From assembly GCA_963845185.1 (NCBI GenBank), contig CAWJRG010000010.1, forward strand, positions 480,001-544,000: a stretch of 64,000 nucleotides of DNA, read 5' to 3'. The position numbers were made by a program, and so were the translations under genes. Position 1 is the stretch's first letter. Every line of letters begins with the position of its first letter. Below, in pieces: positions 7,900-15,195 of this stretch. A model generated the notes under the pieces. That model saw only the letters and a program-made list of their open reading frames with translations. It ran no database searches and had not been told where the DNA came from. Source of the stretch: an uncultured bacterium. Its GTDB lineage: Bacteria > Oederibacteriota > PGYV01 > CAWJRG01.

Positions 7900-10473
7900 T
7901 CACTGCGCGACTACCAATACAGCTGAAAAAGCCGGAACAAGGATTTTAAGTTTCGCACCCGATGTTTTTTGAATCCCCGAAACCACAAGCCGTTTGCCGG
8001 AATCTTCGGTGAAAAAGTAGGTATTGTATGAAGTGGCGCGGGCCGGAAGGGCAATGGTGGTGTCAAAGGCCGTATCATGATTCTTGTTTACCAGGACCAC
8101 GAAAGTCTTGGTGGCGTCCCTGGCGCCGAAGGAATAAAGGTCCGGTGAGGAACTGGTGGCGCTCACAGTCTTCCCATTCACTTTGGACCCCTTGCCGTCG
8201 TAATTGCCGTAAAGCCGGTGGGCTAAAAACAGGTAATTGTCGGGTTGTGCCCCGCTCCAATCGCAGGCCATGTCCAGCCCTTCCCGCATGAAGATGCCGA
8301 GTTTGACGGTTTCAATCAGTCCTCCATGGTAATAGTGCGGGCCGGCGGGATAATATTCGGTTATGGAATACTTGGTGCCGGGATAATTCTCCGCGATGAT
8401 CTTTTTCATCTTGGGGATCATCCCCACAAAGGGATCCCATAAGTACGGTTTGTTGGCGGAATTTGCGCACCAGCTTGCCGGGTCCTCAAAGGTCGGATCC
8501 CACCAAACCCTCAGGGCCTCAAACTGTTTGGGCGTGACCACTGGATCGTAGGGATAGTCCCCATTCATGCTGATCGTGTTGCCCTTACTATCAGTGTCCC
8601 AAACATCCGGGCAGCCGTGGTTGTCCAGGTAGTCGATGAGCCGTATGCCTGCCTTTTCCGAGAGCTTCTTCATTTGCCTCAGGTAATACACCACCTGCGG
8701 AAGATTTCCATGTGCCTTGCGGTCGGTCCACATTTCATGGCTCTTTTTCTTGCTGTCCTCCACGTCAAATTCATTGATACCGCCTGGATTATAGTCCCAG
8801 TTCGAGCCTGCCAGTTCCATGACACCCCAGCCGCTCCAGCCGATCACTTTAGCGCTGGGATCAGCTTCTTTCACTGCCTGGGCGTACTTGGCGTTCAGGT
8901 CCACGAGTTGGTCATAGCTTATGCCCTTGGGCCAAACGTCACGATGGTTGGCTATCCAGCACCCGGGCTCATTGTCCATCTGGTAGAACTTCACCCCGCC
9001 TTTGGAAGCTGTCCCGAATAGCTTCACAATGGTTTTGACCCATTCCTTCTGATATTCCGGGTCGGACGGCACATAGTTGTAGTTTGGGTCGTTGTCACGG
9101 ATGTTTTTGCCCCCGGGCAATATGCCGTTTCCCGCGCCCTGCCCGTCAGTGGACGTTTGGTCGGGATATTTGGATGTCGGAAAGGAACAAAGTCTCGGCC
9201 CGTCTTTAGACACTGACTTGGCTACCCATCCGGTGGTTGGAATGGTGATGATGGACTGGCAGCCTGCTGAAAAACTATCGGTGATGAACTTGGCATAATC
9301 CTTGTCCTTTTCCTGGCCGCTTTCCGGTGGGCTGCCGGAGTTCAGGAAAAACCAGTCTCCGCCCCGGTTGGTCGAGTTCTCTTTCCAGTTATAGTTGGAA
9401 GTAGCGTTTCCTCCCCAGCGGTTCACGGTTCCGCCCAATTGTTTCAGCTTATCACTATCCTGGTAGTTGTATCCCCAGAGGTAGGGTGAGATGGGACGAC
9501 CGGGCTTGGATAAGAGCGATATTGAGGCTGACTTTATAGAAGCAGACTCAGCGGTCACCGTAACAGTTTCGTAAGATGAGGTTTCTTTCTCATTTTGCGC
9601 CGCCACGGCCACGAGGTGCGGGCTCCCTGCAGACAGCAAGCCGGACTCGATCTTCACCTGCCGTTTGTCAGCTCCCTTTACCTGGGCCGTATCCTTCCCG
9701 TCTATAGTCACTATGTACTGCTGGATGCCTTCGTCGCTGGCCTTGTCCCAGATGAGCATCACGCCTCCCGGCACCCGGTACCACCCGAGGTTTTCCACCG
9801 GCGTGACCAGCGCGGTGTCGGTCACGTAAATTTTGTCGAAATGCACGTAAACCGGCTTGTTCTCGGGAAAATCACCCGTTAAATTGATATTAAGGGTTTT
9901 CATGTTGGTTGAGCTCATTTTGGAAAAATTCGGGAACGAAGCAAAAGGGATGACCACCCGCGTCCAGGTTTCGCCGATTTTCTTGCCTTCGGCGTAATTG
10001 CTTAGTTTGACCGAACCGGAATCTACGTCGCCGCTAAGAGCAGCCTCGAAATCCACCCCCGGGGAATTGGTCCTCACGTACATTACGAGGTTTTTTGCCT
10101 TGGAAAAATCCTGGCCCGACCATGATCCGTTGAAAGCCACACCGCCGCCCGCCCACTTCTTATCCCAATGCTTGTTGTCGCCCTGGGTGACCCATGTGAA
10201 CTCAAACGAAAGGCAGTTGCCGTCGTTGTTATCGCTGTCGAAAATGACCCAGCTCGCGTTATTGTTTGTGATCCTGGATTCTATTTTCTGGTTGCAGGGG
10301 TCGGACCGCAAAATAAATTTATGCTGGTCTCCCATGCTGACAATGCTTACGCCCCCTTTCCCGTCCTTTCCGGACGAATCTGCCCAGCAAGGGCCGTAAA
10401 AGGTGACGTCCTCGTCGCTCCATGCGATTGCAGAGATCAAAACAAAAGAAACGATCAAAAAAAGTTTCCGCAT
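7900..10473 (-). CDS. GH44 endoglucanase/xyloglucanase with N-terminal CBM-like and Fn3-like domains
   Basis: NRWGGNATSNYNW, YQMDNEP..W...HRDV, SITEY, YGNYDGKGS. Best start is ATG 10473 (AAGGAG RBS; signal peptide MRKLFLIVSFVLISAIAWS); an alternative start lies at 10590. The ORF-track start at 10635 falls within a GH62 relic. Confidence 0.87.
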   Translation of the reverse strand: MRKLFLIVSFVLISAIAWSDEDVTFYGPCWADSSGKDGKGGVSIVSMGDQHKFILRSDPCNQKIESRITNNNASWVIFDSDNNDGNCLSFEFTWVTQGDNKHWDKKWAGGGVAFNGSWSGQDFSKAKNLVMYVRTNSPGVDFEAALSGDVDSGSVKLSNYAEGKKIGETWTRVVIPFASFPNFSKMSSTNMKTLNINLTGDFPENKPVYVHFDKIYVTDTALVTPVENLGWYRVPGGVMLIWDKASDEGIQQYIVTIDGKDTAQVKGADKRQVKIESGLLSAGSPHLVAVAAQNEKETSSYETVTVTAESASIKSASISLLSKPGRPISPYLWGYNYQDSDKLKQLGGTVNRWGGNATSNYNWKENSTNRGGDWFFLNSGSPPESGQEKDKDYAKFITDSFSAGCQSIITIPTTGWVAKSVSKDGPRLCSFPTSKYPDQTSTDGQGAGNGILPGGKNIRDNDPNYNYVPSDPEYQKEWVKTIVKLFGTASKGGVKFYQMDNEPGCWIANHRDVWPKGISYDQLVDLNAKYAQAVKEADPSAKVIGWSGWGVMELAGSNWDYNPGGINEFDVEDSKKKSHEMWTDRKAHGNLPQVVYYLRQMKKLSEKAGIRLIDYLDNHGCPDVWDTDSKGNTISMNGDYPYDPVVTPKQFEALRVWWDPTFEDPASWCANSANKPYLWDPFVGMIPKMKKIIAENYPGTKYSITEYYPAGPHYYHGGLIETVKLGIFMREGLDMACDWSGAQPDNYLFLAHRLYGNYDGKGSKVNGKTVSATSSSPDLYSFGARDATKTFVVLVNKNHDTAFDTTIALPARATSYNTYFFTEDSGKRLVVSGIQKTSGAKLKILVPAFSAVLVVAQ

Positions 10474-10617
10474 AAATTCTCCTTTGATTTTTTTCAGGCC
10501 GGTTTTTTCAACAAAAGTTTTTCGCAGAGATACAAGAACTATAAATAAAGCTAAAACAAAAATCAAAACAGTCATAAAGAAATTATTCATTTTCAAACCT
10601 CCAAAAGATAATTGCAT

Positions 10618-10746
10618 TTTATAATTATAAAACACAACGGATGGGTCCTTTGCCGAAACAACGTCGCAGCCCTTTTCAGGCTAAGGAAGTATGACAGGCT
10701 CGCCTGTTGTGCAAGCAAACCTTGTTTTTTCGTTGAACTCCTTCAT
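10618..10746 (-). pseudogene. Degenerate duplicate of the GH62 5' end
   Basis: MKEFNEKTRFACTTGEPVILP*PEKGCDVVSAKDPSVVFYNYK versus GH62 MKEFNEKTRFKWVSSGPIILPQPEKGREIVCSKDPSVVFYNDK; CAG>TAG at codon 22. Confidence 0.85.
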
Positions 10747-10750
10747 ATTT

Positions 10751-11719
10751 TTACTTTTTGTGAACTGCCTTTAAGAGCCCAATCTTGTACGGCAGCAGGT
10801 GATATTCCATGCCGTTGCTATCTGGGTCGTGGCCCTGGAAAAGCATCTGCAAATTTTCAGGGTCTATGGTGAGGGTCTCATCATAACTGTCCCTTATAAG
10901 CTCTCCGTGGCTTATGTCTAATGTCCACGGCTTTACACCCTGCTCGAATGTCACATTGCTTAAGCCGGCAAAAGGCTCGTCCCATGTGGCTGCCTGCTCT
11001 TTCCATTCTCCGTTCAGCGAATCCGCGACAAAGCTCTTATAATACCTTTCCCAGTCAGGAAGCTTGCTCGCCTCAATTATCGTAAGGTATTTTTTTTGGC
11101 CCTTTATGCGGTAGGTGCAGCTTCCTTCAAATAATTCGTTCCTTTCCTTATTACATAGGACCACTTCGGGCTCGCTCATAGCGTTCGGGAAGTCCTCAAT
11201 CCTTGTCCTGCTGCGGTAAAAGCGGCCGTTATTGCCGGAAAAGAAAAGATAAACGTGTTTGTCGTCGCATATTATCCAGTGATCAAGCCATGACCCGTCC
11301 ACAACGCTTTTCGGTACCCCATCGAAAAAGTCATGGGGAGCGGTCCATCCATCAGGGTTGTCTATATTGTCGTTTGTCGAGTACTGCGGTTGATTACCTT
11401 GGAATATCATGTACCATTTTTTTTGCGGCGTAAAATAAAAAACTTCCGGAGCGCAGTGGTAGCCGAGCAGATTTGGGTTGTTGTCCTTGGGGTATGCCTT
11501 TGCGGACTTCGCGTCAGCCCAGTCCTTAAAGCTGATAAACTGCATGCTCCAGTAATGTGCCCTGTCGCATGTGGTATAAAACACGTACCATTTGTCATTA
11601 TAAAAAACAACTGACGGGTCCTTTGAGCAAACAATTTCGCGGCCTTTTTCAGGCTGCGGCAGTATAATAGGCCCGCTTGAGACCCATTTAAACCTGGTTT
11701 TTTCGTTAAATTCTTTCAT
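10751..11719 (-). CDS. GH62 alpha-L-arabinofuranosidase (no signal peptide)
   Basis: SKDPSVV, CAPEVFYFTPQKKWY, LDHWIICD, LFEGSCTY, WTLDISHGELIR, LTIDPENLQMLFQG. Confidence 0.92.
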   Translation of the reverse strand: MKEFNEKTRFKWVSSGPIILPQPEKGREIVCSKDPSVVFYNDKWYVFYTTCDRAHYWSMQFISFKDWADAKSAKAYPKDNNPNLLGYHCAPEVFYFTPQKKWYMIFQGNQPQYSTNDNIDNPDGWTAPHDFFDGVPKSVVDGSWLDHWIICDDKHVYLFFSGNNGRFYRSRTRIEDFPNAMSEPEVVLCNKERNELFEGSCTYRIKGQKKYLTIIEASKLPDWERYYKSFVADSLNGEWKEQAATWDEPFAGLSNVTFEQGVKPWTLDISHGELIRDSYDETLTIDPENLQMLFQGHDPDSNGMEYHLLPYKIGLLKAVHKK

Positions 11720-11743
11720 TTTAAATCCTTCGCTTGCATTTGT

Positions 11744-11766
11744 AAAAAACAGGATTTCAACCCTGT
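11744..11766 (-). terminator. Putative intrinsic terminator between the SBP relic and GH62
   Basis: Minus strand ACAGGGTT-GA-AATCCTGT followed by a T run. Confidence 0.45.
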
Positions 11767-11767
11767 C

Positions 11768-12112
11768 TCAATATTTTTTGTTTTGCTGCTCTGTATCTTT
11801 GAGACTTTCTGCCAGATCCTTGAAATTCCTAACCTCGACAAAAAGCACGTCAGGCAAGGCGCCTGCCGCTGCCTCGGTCATGACTTTTTCCATGTACGGG
11901 CTTCCCGAAGGCGCGCGTTCCTGGGTCACTGTAATGCTTTTTGTTTTTTTCAGGTCTTTTATGATTTTCTCCACGTTCTTCATCTCTATTACGTCACCCC
12001 AGTGCATGACGCGGATCCTGTTTTTGTCCTGTGTCCCTCCACACGAGTAAAAAAATAGCCGTGGTTAGTAGTAAGGCAACAAATAAGCATAAAAATATTT
12101 TAACTTTTTCAT
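11768..12112 (-). pseudogene. Truncated, frameshifted paralogue of the SBP at 474-1781
   Basis: Near-identical MHWGD.IEMKNVEKIIKD...ITVTQERAPSGSPYMEKVMTEAA.G.LPD.LFVE, then it stops. The signal-peptide region from ATG 12112 has two compensating homopolymer frameshifts. Confidence 0.85.
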
Positions 12113-12182
12113 TTTGCGCCTATGTAAATTGAATTTTCAATACATTTTCAGAAACAAGCTATAACATACATCGGCAAAAATT

Positions 12183-12797
12183 TTAGTTTGCAGTGACATC
12201 ATCAATATAAATGTTGCCGGACCACGCATTCGTGCCGTCGCTGACTATTTGAATCCCGATCTTCGTGACATCACTGTAATTAGACGACGACATCAGGTAA
12301 GTTATCTGGCTCCAGGTATTTGGTGTGAGATGCCCTGATATTGGCGTTGTCCCGCTCCAATAACTGCCGGCGCTGTAAAAAATATACAATTGGTATGAAT
12401 ATGTCGTGGGGAAATTACTTGGTAAAAATACGTTTATTGTCAATGTTTTTCCCTGAAGGTTCGACGGGCTGGGATTGCCTATTTCAAACTCTCCGCTTTT
12501 GGCCGTGGCTGGGAAAGAACATGTAAGCTGCACACAATAACTTCCGGATACTACGGTTCCGCCGGGTACCGAGCTCGCCGGCACATCTGTAGCGCCGGTG
12601 ATTCCAGGATCCCCGCCAATGTTCCAGCCGTCAAGGCTGCCCTCAAAGTCATAACAAAGGTAAGGTGCCGGTGTTGCCGTGGGGGTCGGCGGCAGAGGCG
12701 GCGGCATGGGCCCGTCCTGCTGCTTTCTGCAGCTTGAAATGAAAATCAGGCACATAACTACAGAAATTGCGATAATTACAGGTAATATTTTTTTCAT
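12183..12797 (-). CDS. Lipoprotein with Pro/Thr linker and CBM-like (galactose-binding-like) beta-sandwich
   Basis: Lipobox FISSC; PPPLPPTPTATP linker; YDFEGSLDGW...W.QI...KIGIQ...IYIDDV pattern. Confidence 0.7.
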   Translation of the reverse strand: MKKILPVIIAISVVMCLIFISSCRKQQDGPMPPPLPPTPTATPAPYLCYDFEGSLDGWNIGGDPGITGATDVPASSVPGGTVVSGSYCVQLTCSFPATAKSGEFEIGNPSPSNLQGKTLTINVFLPSNFPTTYSYQLYIFYSAGSYWSGTTPISGHLTPNTWSQITYLMSSSNYSDVTKIGIQIVSDGTNAWSGNIYIDDVTAN

Positions 12798-12855
12798 GTC
12801 AAAACCTCCTCGTGATAGTGTTTATTTTTGCAAGCAAGCATAAAACGCCCTGTCA

Positions 12856-12904
12856 TCCCCCTTTAACAAAGGGGGAAACTGATCCCTCCCCCTTAACAAG
12901 GGAG
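12856..12904. repeat. Two CCCCCTT-n-AAGGG palindromes (small intergenic repeat)
   Basis: TCCCCCTTTAACAAAGGGGGA and CTCCCCCTTAACAAGGGAG. Confidence 0.5.
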
Positions 12905-13007
12905 TTAAATATCCCTGTGGGATATGTAACGGGTAGAAGTCATATTGATATTCTAAAATATTACTTTTCTACCCAACAGGAGGGGGGTGCCCTTCCTATT
13001 GTTTTTA

Positions 13008-15113
13008 TTAAAACTTCATTGTCATTTTCGCGTCTATTTCCTGCGCGTTAAAGCTGTTCGAATCGTTTTTGTTGTCTTTTATGATTGTATTTGTATAAGA
13101 CATGCCTATTGTTGCTGCGCTGATAAACTGGTAATCAATTCCTGCTCCGTAGCTCGCTATGTTTTCGTCGTATTCCTGCCTGTTCTGGTATCCCCATCTG
13201 GTTCCGGTTATGTAAGTATACGGATATTCAGACCCTTTAAATGCAATATCTTTATATCCCGCTGCAAGCACCCATTTTTTGTCAGGGCTGTATTCAATGC
13301 CCATGTCTGTTATCCCCGACCTCAAATCCACGTCGTTGCCGACAGGCGCATCATTGAACGTGTATTCGTTTTTATATCCGCCCGAAAGCATAAAATCCCA
13401 TAATTTTAATTTTGCGCCCGCTTCCAGGGTGTTGAATGTCCTGGCATAATACGCCGAATCCCCGGGAAGGTACGAAATGATTTCCTCCAGGTCCGAGTAT
13501 TTTATGTAAGGCATTAAAATGCCGTCAAAATATTTCCCCGAAAGCTTGAATATCAACCCCTGCCTGTCCGGCGTTGCGTCGCCGTAAGGCATAGAGTTGT
13601 TTTCATAAAAAACATAAGGCATCAGGTTCGATCCGGGCTGAAAATACGAAGCCACAATCGCAGGATTATACCTTGTAAAAGGATAGATAAAGCCGCTAAC
13701 CGAGTACGGCGTACATGTAAGCGATGCGCTCCATGTATTGTTTTGCGTTACATAAGGAAAATTATTTTGGGCGTCATACATCCTGGTCTGGGCCGCGTAT
13801 GCGGTAAAAGAGTTGCCGTTTACAAAAAATGCCGCTTCAATTTTTGTATCGTTGTATTCTGTCTCTGCCGCAATTCTAAAAGCAGTGTCGCTTATATATT
13901 TGTTCTGCCAGCTCTGTCCGGCGTCACTGCCCGAGTAATAATCCGACGCGGCAAACTCACCTTCTACTTTCGCCATGCCCATTATATTGATTTCTCCGTT
14001 AACCGAGCCGACATAGTTGTCAAGTACCGGGTTGCCGTTTACGCTGCCCGTGTCCCGCGCGTCCTTTATTTCCACGAAATTCACGCCGAGTTTTAATATA
14101 TCCTTTAGTATTTCTGAGGATATCCTGCCCGCGCCCATGTACTGGTCGTGAGTGTACGGAATTATGATGGTGCCTGACTGGCTGAGGCCGGGTATTACCG
14201 AGTAATTTGTAAAATTTGCCGCAGCAATCCTGGCAGCCATTATATCAAATGAAACATCCGGCCCGAACAAATTTATCGTTGTGCTTGCCTTGCCGCCTGT
14301 AACGGGCCAGGAGTTATCGCCAAGGTAAAGTTCCGCTTTGTTCATGTCCCTTTTATCGGAAAAAACCTTTGATTCATCCGGCCTTTCATCGTCCACCGCC
14401 CATATTGTATACGGAGTGAGTTTTGCCTGAAAATCTCCAATTGAAAATTTTATCCGGTAATCTCCGTATATGGAAATCCTCTTTGTGACCACAATACTCT
14501 GGGATCCCCAGAACCCGCCGAACACTTCCTCCAGCCTTAAAACCGCGTCCATGGATAATCCTTTCAAAGCTATCAGGTTAAAATCAAGGTCAACATATTC
14601 GGTAATAGGCCTGAACCTTTTGGGCGCGGCGCCGGCGTATGTACTGTTATTGCCGTAAAGCAGCAGGTCGGTCATATACGCGCCTGCATCTCCGTTTATG
14701 CGCAGCCCGGTTTTGGAAAGCAGCTTGTCCTGTTTTTCCTTAAGCTGCTGTTCCTTGTTCTGCTCTTCCTTTAATTTAAGGTCTATGAGCGTCTGCTCAA
14801 TAGTGCTCAGCTTCTGGCCTGCTTCCAGCATGTCGGTCTGGAACTCTTTTACCAGGTCAAAGACTTTGTCTATGTTTTCATTTGTAGCCAGGTCGCCTGT
14901 CGCGTCGCCGAGCAGGTTGGTTACGGCGTTATTGATGTATGCCACTACATCCTGGCGTGAGAGCTGCTCCTTATCAAGCGGGGTCGTTATAACCTTCGCA
15001 TCCGCCAGGGACTTTATTGCATGGAAAGTGTCGCTGTCTATTGCCTCCTCTGCCGCAATAATCAAAGCCGGCACGAGTAAAACCGCTAAAACATATAATG
15101 TCTTTTTCAACAT
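13008..15113 (-). CDS. Putative outer-membrane beta-barrel with N-terminal SLH-like and coiled-coil region
   Basis: Signal peptide; FHAIKSLADAKVI...LSRQDVVAYINNA (SLH-like); Q/K/E-rich coil; alternating beta-strands; C-terminal Phe (KMTMKF). Confidence 0.7.
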   Translation of the reverse strand: MLKKTLYVLAVLLVPALIIAAEEAIDSDTFHAIKSLADAKVITTPLDKEQLSRQDVVAYINNAVTNLLGDATGDLATNENIDKVFDLVKEFQTDMLEAGQKLSTIEQTLIDLKLKEEQNKEQQLKEKQDKLLSKTGLRINGDAGAYMTDLLLYGNNSTYAGAAPKRFRPITEYVDLDFNLIALKGLSMDAVLRLEEVFGGFWGSQSIVVTKRISIYGDYRIKFSIGDFQAKLTPYTIWAVDDERPDESKVFSDKRDMNKAELYLGDNSWPVTGGKASTTINLFGPDVSFDIMAARIAAANFTNYSVIPGLSQSGTIIIPYTHDQYMGAGRISSEILKDILKLGVNFVEIKDARDTGSVNGNPVLDNYVGSVNGEINIMGMAKVEGEFAASDYYSGSDAGQSWQNKYISDTAFRIAAETEYNDTKIEAAFFVNGNSFTAYAAQTRMYDAQNNFPYVTQNNTWSASLTCTPYSVSGFIYPFTRYNPAIVASYFQPGSNLMPYVFYENNSMPYGDATPDRQGLIFKLSGKYFDGILMPYIKYSDLEEIISYLPGDSAYYARTFNTLEAGAKLKLWDFMLSGGYKNEYTFNDAPVGNDVDLRSGITDMGIEYSPDKKWVLAAGYKDIAFKGSEYPYTYITGTRWGYQNRQEYDENIASYGAGIDYQFISAATIGMSYTNTIIKDNKNDSNSFNAQEIDAKMTMKF

Positions 15114-15195
15114 TTAATTACCTCCGTGTATCACAATTTTCAATTCTCAATAAAAATGTTTTCATTGAATATTGATAATTCTTAATTGTCAATTA

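Noticed and set aside
10681..10683. In-frame TAG at a Gln position, suggesting TAG recoding or readthrough into GH44
   Set aside because: TAG terminates several intact genes here (21499, 33309, 37341, 38078); a nonsense mutation in a relic is simpler.
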